A stretch of DNA of 63,983 nucleotides, counting the filler, from Porpidia crustulata (taxonomy: Eukaryota): assembly GCA_964255105.1 (NCBI GenBank). It is 3 parts of 3 records of this genome, joined end to end, with 100 filler letters (N's around TTAATTAATTAA, not from the genome) between each part and the next. Parts side by side here need not be neighbours in the genome. Positions count along the whole stretch, not along the records: positions 23,279 to 46,422 come from CAXUWE010000078.1; 2 more parts are not named here. One strand, 5' to 3'. Every line of letters begins with the position of its first letter. The stretch's first letter is position 1. This document shows, one piece after another, positions 24,552 through 38,000 of the stretch. The notes under the pieces were generated by a model, which saw only the letters and a list, made by a program, of their open reading frames with translations, was not told the origin of the DNA and searched no databases. The translations under genes were made by a program, and so were the position numbers.

Positions 24552-25085
24552 GCCAAGACCAAGATCCAATGGGGGTGCGGGGGTGGGTTGGCAAGTTAGG
24601 TCTCAAAATTCGCTTTCAACGGTCACACTAGAAACAGTATCGCACTTCCAGATGAATCGATAATCCCCTTATTAAATCAAATTTAATAGGATGTAAAAGA
24701 AGCAAGTTAAAATATGATAATCCATTGAGACATGAGAAACATTATACCAAACAAACAAATCACAACACCATCAGCACAGCTGGATCAAAGGCTGACATCG
24801 TCTTTATTGTCCCGACCATTCAGTATTCTACAATATGGCTTTCTTTCTATCTTAGAACCCGCTTAATCTTTAGACCGGAGACATGAGGTCCTAGGTCGAA
24901 ACAGAGGTTATTCTCATCGTTCGCTGCGGAAATGACTAGGGTACCCGGGCGATCTTTGATCAACGTCTTAGGTCTCAATCGTGTGTGAAATCGTCTCTCA
25001 TGGTGTTTCACTGCTTGGAATCTGCCTTGATACGATTAATATTCAAGAAAATTCCTCATATTCTGAGTATTATCGCGACACCAGT

Positions 25086-26580
25086 ATGTCTTTTGGGATC
25101 AGCATTAGCGAATGCATAGCTTTGACGGAACTCATCACTGCCGCGTATCATTGTTGGAGCAGAATTCCTAAGGAAATTGCGGCTTTTCTCTCCCTTGTTC
25201 AGGACCTCAAAACCCAAGCGAAGGGTTTAGAAGCCAACCGCCTGTTTGAGACTCAAATACTTTTGCCTTCTGAGCGAGAGTCCCTGGGTGACTGGATTTC
25301 GACTACGTGGAACATTTTGAAGAGTTTCCAACAGATAGAACAGCACGCTCGGGCCGATGGTCAACTCGTTCAGAGGTTGCGGTGGTTGTTCAATCGGAAG
25401 CTGAAGTCTCTCGCCGAACAGATTTCTAGACAGACCGATGCACTAAAGGACTTCAAACAGGATCTTGTGGTCCGAGCCGTCACGTAAGTTGGCTTTGCTC
25501 CCAATGCATATAAGGATTAACGATAGAAAAGCGTGCATGCATTCGAGAACCAAGCCAGATTCGCAATGCATGAGATTGCTTGCAGCGCCGATCAGCTAAG
25601 GCAACTAGAGGAGAGCAAAGAGGTGCCCGGAAGACGACTTTGATTTGCGTGGAAATGTTGGTATAAGGTCAAGCAAGATGTTGGAGGTTCTGGGAGTTTT
25701 CTGGTCGAACGTGGGGTTCTAGATTTATGGGGTTTAGATATTTTCGGGAGTACTGCTTGGATCATTTGTGAGTTGTTGGTATTTCGCACTCGGAGTTTGT
25801 ATCTGTCCTCAGTGACATATCTAATGATAAAGTATTTCTCGGGTTTTAATATTTCGCACTCGAAGTTTGTATCTGTTCTCAGTGACATATTCAATGATAA
25901 AGTATTTCTCGAATTTTAATATTTCGTATTCGAAGTTTGTATCTGTTCTCAGTGACATTTAATGATAAATTATCTCTCGAATTTTGATATTTCGCACTCG
26001 AAGTTTGTATCTGTCCTCAGTGACATATCTAATGATAAAGTATCCCTCGGATTTCATCCCGTGTTCAGTCTTGACTACTTGAATATCTAGTTGCACCTCA
26101 AAGGTCAAACTAAACGCATATCTATCACTGCTTCAATTACAGACTTCTGCAGCGGCGGCACCAGGTATAATACGAGTCCTCTCCTCCGTCTTTCTCCTTT
26201 CCATAGCCAAGATTTGGGACCAGCAGGTGTTGGGGGAGTTTGCAATCTCCGCCACATGGGATTTTTTCAGATCTTGCTCCTTATACCCACTTCATAGCCT
26301 TCGAACATCAACATCAGTGCCCCCAATCCATACCTTCATATTCTAACAGAAGGTAAATGTGAAGACTGTATTACTTCATAAACCCTCCAAACTGGACGGG
26401 TTTCTGAGGTTTGTGGCCAGCTGCGACCAAAGGAATGAAACTCCTGTAGCCCCGGATTCGACAGCCTCGAATCCCTACTTTCTTTACGTATCCCCTGCCA
26501 TGACGATACCTAGGGCGAAACAGCTCTTTCGAGCTGTCCAAAGTCATATTGAAGAGAACAAGCGACTGACGAAGAACTAG
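25086..26580 (+). pseudogene. Gene with a HeLo-like N-terminal domain, truncated or interrupted by a minisatellite
   Basis: MSFGISISECIALTELITAAYHCW...QRLRWLF, then an intron at about 25484-25531 and a stop at about 25641. Further coding-like fragments occur at 26200-26580. Confidence 0.5.
25781..26053. repeat. Minisatellite, about 4 x 70 bp
   Basis: Unit atttcgcactcgaagtttgtatctgtcctcagtgacatatctaatgataaagtatttctcg... starts at 25781, 25851, 25921 and 25989. Confidence 0.92.
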
Positions 26581-27920
26581 AAGCGGATCTATAGGGTCAA
26601 GCTATACCACGCTCCAACTTTTGTGCTAGATCAATCCCCCCAGACCAGTAGAAAATCTGGGTTTACTTTTTTTTAGACCATGCTCTAAGCTTCTTCACTT
26701 CACCTTTGATACTCAGATGAGATCGCTGCCTTGAAGCGCAAGGAGAGCTGGAACATTAAGTTTTGGTAAGCGCGCCGGATCCTTTGCGTTGACCGCAGCA
26801 TATCCTTATTGGCATATTAGGTACGGAATTGGCATTGATGTTGTTGTTGCTAGGAGGCGATCTAAGGAGTAAAAAGGAAAGTAGTAGGACAAAATCTGCT
26901 GGCGCCCTCAGTCCCATGTCACGGAAATTTCCACTTCCCTAATTCAAACAAACACGACTTCTCGAACAATCCCTGGCCCGTCTATGACTCATCAAAACCG
27001 TAGAGCTTCGTATATGATCATTACAGTGACGACATCACCTTTCAAAAGACTTGTCGACACTCTTCCTACCTACGTACGAGGACGATATCGATCGGGATCC
27101 AAGGTACTATAGGTACGGCCGTTTACCGTACCCATTGTTGCAGCTAAAAGCGGATTAGAATTCTGTAGCACCTTCGTGGATGGGCCAGGGTCACATGTTG
27201 CAATCCTCGGGGGCTCTCATGAACCGGACTGGGCTGTGCTAGATTGTCCGTCATCGGGACCTGTATCCCCCGGATCAGTACAATGGCTGGGGAAAATGGG
27301 AGACTATTACAGAGAGGAGAGTCCCGACAAAAAGCTGGTCAATGAAAACACATCAAGGATGAGAATTTCGCGTAGGAGGCGCAAACAAGGCGGAAGTACA
27401 AGCGGATAATAGTAAGGCGTTTGAGATATTATAGAAAATTCCGGAAGTGGATGTTGGCAGGTCAGGTGGCAGCAATCAAGCAGTTGGAGGAGATCTTAGA
27501 TATCTATTGATCACCGGAGGATCACTCAGGAACATCACGTCCTTCTCGACCTTTTTACTACCGAAGCAAGACGACAAGGAAACAAAGTTCTAAGTAATAA
27601 TATTCGAGACTTTTCAACAGGTGGATTAGAGAAGCAACAGGAGAATTTTGTCCCCGGCGCTCCCAATCTGAATGGTGGAGACAGATGCTTTCATGTTTGA
27701 CCGTTATTGCAATCTTATTTCATAGACCTTCAAGATCTATTTTTGCAATACGCTTGTGTTGTTTAACGAAGAAGATATTTACTGTGTATATCATAAGTGT
27801 ACCGTTCTATGCATCAGATCTACCGAGTGAAAGACGCTGTGTAGTGCATCCTCAAAGTCTCTCAGCACCGTAATCATTGAAGTACAGTCTTCGGTGGCTG
27901 CAGGGTAACTTCTCCGCGTT

Positions 27921-30271
27921 CTACGAATCCTTTTTTCCATCCTCTTCTCGATCCCTACACATCTTCTGCAACATTTCTTCGATCCGTCTCGTTGAAGCCT
28001 CCAGTTGCTCTAGTCGTTCCTGCACCTCGCCTCCACCATGGTCATGCAAGATCTCTGTCAGTTGTTCAGTCAATCCAGCAAATGGTCCAATGGACTCTCG
28101 TCGGCTTGGAATTTTCTGATGTGTGCTGCCACTAGAAGTATCGGGACGCCTTTTTACTCTTCGAGGATTGCCGGCTTCCAGACTGACAGCCCTCATGTTA
28201 TTCTCTGCCGCTGCCTCCTCCAAGATTTCTTGAGGTACGTCTGAGTCAAAGACCGCTTGGATATCCCCGTGGACCGAAAATCGGGAGATATCCCACGCGG
28301 ATATGAGATTGCGAAGACGCGACGGTCGGTACGGTTTGCGTTTGGTGCTAGCCCACAGAGACTTGCGTTCATAGACGCTGATAGCAAGAAGTAGTGGAGC
28401 ATTGAGAACCCTGATGCCTGTGACATTAATCTTATGGAACCATCGCGGTGAAAGGACACACTTTAATGGTAGTAGAATACATAGGGCTAGCACATTAAAT
28501 GGAGGCTGGTATGCGAATATAGCATCACTCTTAACGCCCTCGAATGTCAGGACTGCACGACGAAATTGTATCTCTGCGCTTGCATTGGAGACTATACTGG
28601 AAAAGGTATTGCTAAGCATGGAAACGAGTATGGTCAGAAACAGAGTGTTTCCAAGGAATGCGAAGGTAACCATTAGAATCGGTCCGAGTAGCCAGTGGAA
28701 GTCCACTGATCTCTGGATACCAGTTCCATCAAGGCCAAACCATACCTGGAGAGAGCGAATTAGGCTATTGAGATTGTTTGAGGAAAGTAGAAGGGTAGAT
28801 TAAAGAGAATTCATACCCAGAGCATCCACTTGGAAATTGTAATTGCGTGATGATAGCCATCACTAAGCCAGATCATGGACAGCAAAAAACCTCCAAAACA
28901 CCAGACGGCCAGAACTGATAGCACTGCAAAGTTCGCCATCATTGCTCTCAGCGACACAAAAAGCATGTTTTCGGGTAACAGATTGAATGCCAGCCGAGGA
29001 ATGAGCACGGGCGCCGCGGAGGAAAGTAGGTGTAAAGCTGTTTGGCTCGATTTCTCATTTCCACTGATTGAACCTTGTATTCGAAGAACAAGATAGAATG
29101 CATAGAGGACTGCGAAAGCAAAGTCGAGAAATGACCATAGATTTTGGGTATATATTTGCCATCCATGCTCAAGAATCGATCCAAGCTCCTCCAGCACCCA
29201 TCCGAAGGCGTAGATGGTGAACAAAAGCTCATAGGTTGTGAACTTGGTATTTTCTTGATGTTCCATTACCCCAACATACAGAGCTAGTAGCACGAAGAAC
29301 TGAAAGACGTCTAACATGTTGCGCGTTCGTGGTACAGTCAGTCGATATTGATTTAACAAGGGGGCTTCCCTAGGATCGTAGAGGCTTATGGGCTTGTGTT
29401 TGTAGTGATCTGGTAGAATGTCCATGAAAGAAGAAGGTGTATATACTATTCTCCCGTGGTAGATAGCGTCCACAACTTTCTGGCAAGCTGGGGAGCTCAG
29501 GAATGTTTTGGATTCGGATATAATTCCAATCTCAAGTGCCGTGGACTTTCTTTCGTAACCACCTCGTTTTTGCACTGCCCAGTGGAAAGCTTTGTTTTCC
29601 TGCAAAATATGATCTGGGGCATTTTGGAAGGGTTCAAAGCCAGCGACCAGAATATTAGCTAGCAATAGCAGTCCGTGGCGTCCGGGATTATCCTCGTCAT
29701 ATCGTCTTAACACCCGATTGGCAACAAGTTCACAGAGAAGGCCACGGGTCATGTTAACGCTTTGATGATGAGCTTGATAAGTTTGCTCGCGTAGAAATTG
29801 GACTCGGTTCACAAGGAGACAATAAACTACAATTTGATGAAGATATTAGATAAAGTAACGTTACGTTGACTTGGGTCAGATCGCACCCATTGAGATGTCT
29901 TTTAGATCATATAGTCGATCCACAAGTGGGCGGACTGTCGAAAGATTCATCCTTGGAGATCTTAATTGCTCTAGGCTATAAGGATCATCGATGCAGGTTG
30001 TAATCTCTCGTCGAACGCTAGAACAAGAATGGGGGTCAGCAGTTTCTCTTTTTGACAACCTTGTACGCTATGAGATATTACAGGCATACAGCGCTTACCG
30101 ATGGATGGTATTGTAGACAGGCAAATGGGAGTGTGGGTTAGGTGGACAAGGCAGGCTACTCGTCCAGGACAAATCTCCGTCATCGTCAGGTAACAGCGAT
30201 TCTTGTTCCGCGTCGATGTCATTTTCCTGCAAAGCACCATTCAACCCTTGACCAAATCTGTAGTTCTCCAT
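27921..30271 (-). CDS. TRP-family non-selective cation channel (YVC1-like)
   Basis: Four exons. Contains IDDPYSLEQLRSPRMN, SALEIGIISE-like KSTALEIGIISESKTFLSSPACQKVVDAIY, multiple TM helices, and GNTLFLTILVSMLSNTFS...EIQFRRAVLTFEGVKSDAIFAYQPPFN. Confidence 0.9.
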
Positions 30272-30439
30272 GGTCGTCGTTACGCTCCTATAGACATGGA
30301 GAGGGTTCCAACGCAAGCATCGGTGAATGACATCACCGCACTGGATAAACGCGGACAATCCTAGACGCCGTGAGAGTACCCTGATCCCTGATTATCACGT
30401 GATCAAATCTACAGTAAATTCTACCTACCTTACCCGTCA

Positions 30440-30479
30440 TACATGGGACGAAACCCTCCGTACATGGGACGAAACCCTC
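30440..30479. repeat. 21-bp-period tandem duplication upstream of the TRP channel
   Basis: tacatgggacgaaaccctc occurs twice. Confidence 0.8.
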
Positions 30480-30999
30480 GACTTACAACCTTTAATTATC
30501 AGCCTCTTACCCTGAGAGACCTCAATCTACGCAGTTTCATAATTATCTCGTGCAATGCGCTGTGGATCATTCTCATTCGACGGCTGTGACGATCATGCCG
30601 GCAAGATCTTGTGGCTACCTATGAGAACCAAATGCAGCGCGAGCCTACTAGACGACCGCGAATTGGATGACGGATGCTTCAATCACCCTATCCTAGTTTT
30701 GACCTGCGACAAGCAAGCTACAGCTCGCAGTCGTACTTCTTGTCAATTAAATAAGATTCAACCAGGTTAGTCCCGTCCAGATCGCTGACTTCCAAAGCTT
30801 ACTTCCATGGCCAGAGTGTCGCAGAGAAATTCCCTGATAATGTCGCTTTACGCAATCAGCACCTGCCCATCTACCCCTCTTCGCTCCATCCCGACAACGG
30901 GACCCAGCTTCATCTCGCTCACGGCTTAGAGCTGCGGAAAGAGAGTTACGTCAAAATGACCTGTTGCTACACACTGAGCACCAAGCTCTTAGAAGATTA

Positions 31000-33900
31000 T
31001 GACCACAATGGGACTAGATATAAGCTAGGCACCGAGTCCATGAAGGACCTTATGGCCCACATACACGCTACATTGCCTCGGCGGCTACGCGAGGTTTTAG
31101 ATTACCAACCTTCCAATCCCTCCGAGCTGTGAATACTCGTGTGGGAATATACGTACACGGCTGGTTCCTATGGAGGCATAGAAGATCCTTTTCTGCTCGT
31201 AAGGAGGGGTGGACCCCCGTAGGCGCACAAAAATTGGAGGCGATCTTGGATAGTGGCCCAATGAGATCAGTACTGCATGGTACTATTCTATAGCGACAAG
31301 TGCATGGATACCCTCTGTGTTTATGTGTCTGCTTTAAATATTGGAAGAGACTTTCCCTGTTATGTGTGTCTTGGATCACGGTTTCTACGTTGCTTAGAAG
31401 CATCTCATGTCTATCTGTCCATTCCAACCATCATCTACGGGCATGGTCATAAGACTACGACAGACGTATTATAGAATACCCAGAGCCTCAAAGAGGAGAA
31501 CGCTTGTGTTAGTGGACAAGGAACTCTGGCGCGTTTTGTGTTGAAACCATGACTACATAATCAAGTGGTGGCGATAGGGAATCAGCAGGATCCGGTTCCG
31601 TAATCTGGAATCTAGCTTTGACAGTAGCATCACACAAATAGACTCGCAACGTGGCTGAAGACGTCTGAGGTGGGTGCACGAGATTTGCATGATTCGCCTT
31701 CCTATTCAACTACTTGCCATCCTTCCACAGTCTCTTGCGACTTATCTCAATACAATAGAAATACCTGTAAAGTTACGCTTCCCCCAGAACGCTCTTAATC
31801 AATATAATCCCAACCTTGGGGCATTTTCATTTTCCAGTATTGCCAATAGCAAGTCCTGTTAATGTGCGAGGTAATCTCAACAGCTAGAGATGTAGCACTC
31901 TTGGCTTGGCAGACTAGACAATTCTCACAGGCTACATGCATTGTTTTGAATTTATCTGAAATAGGCTCTGGTCATCTATCTGGCTCTGCTCCTTCCGATA
32001 TTCGGTTCGAATTGACTACCTTGAATTGTATCTTATCTCTCGGATTCGATTACGGGTATGCTTCGACTCCGGCTCATGCCTAGGTCTGTACCCCGGTGCT
32101 GGTACTCCTTCGGCTTTGCGTCATCATCAATAGACAAGCATAGTTCCCTATCCTTGCAGCAGGTTACCAAGGCATCAACCTCCTTTTGAACAACTGCCGT
32201 ATGCTCACCACTAACAAGATAGATATCTTCTCTGATAGCATCAATAAAATACGCAATGGCAACTCTACCTACGAAAGGTACTGCTTGTAAGCCAGGAGAC
32301 TTTGAGAATCGGCGACATATTGGCCGCCGCAAGCTGCAGCAAGACATCCGTCCCAGGCATCTTCAGGCGCTACCACGCCACAGCAATGAGCCTGGACGCC
32401 TTTTCAAGTCCAAGGAGTAAAGTTATGCTGTCTGGTGGGTTTGCGCTGACGCTAGGAGCACAGCAATTGATTAATTCTTTGTTTTTTGTACTCTATGGAT
32501 TCGGACTCACCAACAGCACGGAGTTCACTCAAGCGCGTTTTGCAATTGGCCGTAGCCTGCCACTGGATAGCAAACGAAGTACGAGTACTAAGGAATCCAC
32601 CCAAGCATTGCTTGCACGTGCAACTATATCCAAGTTGCATTAACTCGCTTACGATAAGATTCTTGATTCTCTTCAGTATCCGAAGACACCGTGTATCATT
32701 GTCCCAAAGGCCGTGGAAACGATCCGACCCATTTGACGTGCGGCATCTGGCAACCATGCAGATGCGTTTTATCCCTTTCTCGAGCTTCGGAAATTCTCGA
32801 TATCTCTGAATTCTAAACAACTCAAGCTGATCTTACAGAAATTCCAAGGGAGTCTCGCCTTCAAGATTTTAAGCTGAACGTAATAGATTATAGAAAGGCA
32901 TATCCACGAAGAGCCCAAGCGATTTCGCCAGCATACTTTCGGCTAAGTTGTGCAATATGTTGCTACCGTGTCGATCTGCGCGAGTCCGCATAGGATCCGT
33001 TGTTGGATGATATTCGACAGGAGATGCCATGGGCTGATCATCATCTTCCTCAACGCTTCCGAATCGACTTACTATCTTTTCTGGATAGGCAATCTATTTG
33101 TGTCGAGTCCGAGTAAAGATTACGAGCCTCGGCTCTCAAAGCTTCAGGCCGCATGTTATCATCACTCGGAGACAGGAGATGGGAACGATGTGCCAGATCT
33201 CTTGTCAAACCAATGTACAAGCTAGCACCTATGCTTCAGATTCCAATAATTCTACAGGAGTCTCGACGGCTCCTTGTTTTTTGCGATCAAATGCGAGTGA
33301 TCATGGAGCACGCCGACCAAGGACCTTCTTTCCCTCCACGTATTCGATGTCTAAATTTTCCGGCCAAACAATCGCGAGACCGCAGCTCAAAACATTGTTT
33401 CGCTCCAGTCCAGGACTCTTATCAACTTCACGTACAACTCCATCTCCAATCTTTCTAAGCCGCTCCATGTCCATCCTGATATCATTAGACACTTTGGCAG
33501 ATTCTTGCGCCCGTATAGCCTTTCCATACCCATGATTTAGCCTTCAAATAACCTTCTAGATCTCATCAAAAAGCAACGTACCAAGTTCCTTTCGGTGCCA
33601 CTCCTTTCGATTTCCTTGTGTCGATAGTGATGAAGCGCCCACTGATAAGCTCCTGTCCCCAGAATCCTGTTCCCTTGACGAAACTATTTTGGGACTCGGA
33701 ATTGAGATCCTCCTAGCGGTCGAGGAGGCTCAGCTTATAAGTCCATCTTAGTATCAATGAAGATTCCATTTCGAAAATTGTCTCGAATATCATCGTGAAC
33801 ATCCTAGACATGACAGTGACCAACCTTGCCATATTCATATCGTCTGGGGAGCCATGATGTAGGCCAAACTTCTACCCCATCTTCCACCCTCCCTGAAATC

Positions 33901-34050
33901 CCTGTTATAAAATCAATCAATCGATAATTTTCACTCCTCGTAACCTCCGACACCCACCATACTGAATCCATTTTCCTACCTTCCAAAATATCTTGCACGA
34001 TACTCAAAGGACTCTCTTACCTTGCACCAAGCTAGACCACCTGCGATACG
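31000..34050 (-). pseudogene. Heavily decayed protein-coding remnant(s), family not identified
   Basis: A series of protein-like minus-strand fragments (32033, 32452, 33301, 33804) is broken by stops and frameshifts. Confidence 0.3.
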
Positions 34051-35052
34051 CCGATCAAGAATTCGGGTGACACCATGGGACAGAACAGTCTTTGGCGAGG
34101 GATAGGGAAAGTGGGTATGCTCTTGGGATGGTTCGGGCATTATGTGACCGGCGATTACTTTTGTCTTTCTAAGTTCATGGATCTTTCATACATTCGTCCA
34201 TAAAAGAGAGGATACTGAAGGTTTACATGCTTATATGTCTCTGAACGGAGGGATGGATTTTCCCAAATGTAACGCCTGGAACTCAAGTCCACTATACACA
34301 TTTAGATGATAGCGATCTTCTTTGCGCATGTAGACTACACAAAAACTTGCATTGCCCCTTCATCGGTAACGATCGATACTCCGTCTCACAAATTCGGTGA
34401 TCTCCTGAAATTCCGATCTATTCTCATTATGACATGACAGGAACCATACTTCTGTATCTCAAGGCATTCCCACTCAAACGCGGCCTCTCAAAGACGATCG
34501 AATTTTGTTTCTATAAAGTTCAATGCTTCAGATGCCTGCTCTTTGCTTTTACATTCTCTCATAGGCCTTGTAATAGTAATATCTAAAGCCAATCGCGAGA
34601 ATATCTGAGAGGCATGTCTACTCCGTCTTTCAGTCTCGTCTATTCCAGCGGATTCACCACCCCATAGCCGTATGCATATCCCTTTCCCCTTTCCTCATTC
34701 CTTTCAACCTGACCACCACCCCGTAGCCGCGTATGAGTACCCCTTTTCCCTTTTCCTTCCTTCTTTCCCTCCAGCCATAGCCACCACCATCTCATCTCCC
34801 TCTCAATGACCTAGTATCCCATTTCTTCCCAGCCCCTTCCACAGGCTCCGGCTCCCACGTCACAAGGATCGGACATGAAGTATAACATTGACAGAGAGCT
34901 TCTGAGCTTGGTGTACGACATCGCGGAGGTTAGGGACTCGAAGACGGCTGGTACTGGATAGTTGGTCTTAGTGTTTGGCGTTGTGGAAGTTACATGTGTG
35001 GTTGAGAGGGTTAAGGGGGGAATGTATTGCTCATTGTGAGCTAAGTTCGGTA

Positions 35053-38000
35053 TCAGTCCACTGTTTCTTCGTCCCATCGCGCTCCACGGCTACGCAGTAG
35101 GTAATGAACATCATCCTTATTGCATGCACTTGCCACCTTTAATGCGCTCCTACCATAAATATCAAGATCAACGCCCCTCTCAAGCAGTAACCAAATAACG
35201 CCTTTATGACCCCTCTGTGATGCCGCCACTAATGCGTCCCCACCATACACATTAAGGTCAACGCCCCTATCAAGCAACAGCTCAATAACTTCAACGCGAC
35301 GCCATTCTGATGCTGCCTCCAAAGCAAGCTCATCACGTACAGTATGTTCCATCCCATCAGGCAGCCACTTCATTATTCTTGCGATAGAGAGATTGTGCTG
35401 CCTCGTTCAACGCTCTTTCACCACATACTTCAATATCGACGCCCTTATCAAGCAGAAGCTTAACAACTTGAACGTGACCTTCTCTTGCTGCCGCCATCAA
35501 TGCGTTCTCACCATTCATATCAATATCGACGCCTCTGTCAAGCAGCAGCTGAAAAGCTTCAGCATGGCCCCTTTCTGCTGCCGCCATCAATGCACGTTCG
35601 CCATACAGATCAAGATCAACGACTCTATTAAGCAGCAGCTTAAAAATTTCAACATATCCCCATTTCGATGCCGTCACCAATGCGCTCCCACCGTGCATAT
35701 CAAGATCAACGCCTCTATCAATCAGTAGCTCAACAACTTCAATATAACCCTCTCCTGATGCCGCCACCAAATTCTTCCAGCATGCATGTTAATATTAACG
35801 CTTCTCTCAAGCAGCAACTCAACGACTTCCATGCGTTCCCATGATAAGAGTCCCATCAATATCTCTTCACCATTCATACCAACATCAACGCCTCTATCAA
35901 GTAGCAGCTCAGCAACTTCAACATGGCCATATTGTGATGCCGCCTTCAATGCTTCCTCACCGAATGTGCTAACATCAGCGCCTCCTTCAAGCAACATTTT
36001 GACAACCTCCTCATCTTTTTGAGATGATGCTGCCTGCAGCGCAGAATTATCAGGTCCACCTTGATAGTTTATATCAGCGCCTCCTTCAAGCAGTTTTTGA
36101 AAATATTTTTGTGTCCTTTATTCGATGCCTTCAGCAGTGCAGTTTCATGAGTGCTGCCTGGAGCATTTATATCAGCGCCTCCTTCAAGCAGTATTTGGAC
36201 AATCTCCTCGTATCCTTGATACGATGCAGCCTGCAGTGCAGTTTCATAATTTCCACCTCCAACCTCGATATCAGCACCTTCTTTGAGTAGTAATTTAACA
36301 ATCTCTTCATGTCCTGAACACGATGCAGCCTGCAGTGCAGTAGCATACATTCCATCTTTAGCATTTATATCGACATCTTTTTCGAGCACCATTTTCACAA
36401 TTTTCCCGTGTCCATTCAACGATGCAGTCTGCAGTGCAGTACCATATTCTTCACACCAAGCGCGTACATCAGCCCCTTCTTCAAGCAGCAGGTTGACAAT
36501 TTCCTCATATCCTTTAGACGATGCTACATGCAGAGCAGTACTAGAATAATTACCATGCGCATTAACGTTTGCTCCGAGTTTAATTAGTCTTTCGCATACA
36601 TTTAGAGAGCCTGCATTTGCGGCGATATAAACCAACGGCTTCTCGTTATTGTTTCTTTGATTTGGATCAAAGATGCATGAACTCCACCACGTTGATAACG
36701 TACGGTAGAACCCGAAATGACAAATTCCAAACAGTGTCGTTGAGGATGGAAGTAGTTCTTCTGCATAATCTAATTGAGTGTACAGATCCCCAGGGTCTCT
36801 GAAATCCATTCTAAGCAAAAGTATGATCCTATGCCAATCCGTATATGGAGCCCCACTGTTGTTCATAGATCCGAGAACATTTTCCAATAGTGTACTTATT
36901 TGGCTTACATCATCGGCTTCCTCGCATATTACAACATGCTTTGGCCAGGGCACCATCACATATCTCAGAAGCTCTTCCAGTCCCGTAGTAAGATCTCCAC
37001 GTGGCACGCCGTCAACGACGCCGTCAGCGACAGCATTGTAGCTGTAAATAAGGGGTGCGTTAAGGAGCAATCGAAGACAAACTCGGGCAAGATGATCGTC
37101 TACTTGCACGATGTTCAGGCGGCTCGTCTCAAGATATTCCTGGACCGATAAATGCGAGAATCGACAAGTGTTTGATTCTGAATCATCACCAGCAAATTTT
37201 TGCAGAATTTGAGTACATGGCTTATCTCGATATCTATCTGATCCGTTGCATCTGCTTGAGGATCTCGACATACTGCAGCAACTAGTAGTTCCGCTGAAAG
37301 AGGCTCAAGTGAGCGCATGACCCACTGAAAAGCTCGCTCGGCGATCATGGATGCACTTCCTTCAAAGTTCCGTATTCTTTCATATATTTCATCATATGCG
37401 TTCAACAGTCCAGAGGGAAGTTTGCCGAGGCGAAGTCGGATAGCGCTGTCACGATCCATTTCCAAAAGCTGTTCGATCTGAAGGGATGCCCATTGGAACC
37501 TATGACCGTGCTTTAATGACCGAGTCTTACTATATAAGAACCGGCTTCGCTACTTACATACCTTTACTCTCTTCCAGGATGACTGCAACAATTTTCTTCT
37601 TAAGCTCACTCGACAGCTTGATCCGGCGGCTCTCGTGATCTCTTGTAATCATTACGTTCACAAATGTTGCTATGTCTTTTTGGTTATCCGTTGCCTGAAT
37701 GCACACATTCGGCCCTTTTTCGAGTCGCTCCGTAATATTTACGTCCGGTCGACTTGATATGAAGATCTTGATTGGTCTTCGGGAATTGTAGACAACTTCA
37801 CAAAGTGTTTCGATGGTTTCCTTATTATCATCACATTCGTCGAGCGCATCGAGAATTAAAGTGTTTGCGGATAATTATTAACGAGTTCGAGCAATAGACC
37901 TGCACACTCTTTCATGTCAAGATAGCCAGATGCAAAGCCCCTTTGCTTCTTCTTACGGTAGAGTTGAGTAATGGAGGTCTGGATTGAACTGCCATCTTGC

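Noticed and set aside
25781..26053. CRISPR-like appearance of regular repeats
   Set aside because: Units are contiguous with no unique spacers, the context is eukaryotic, and there are no cas genes.
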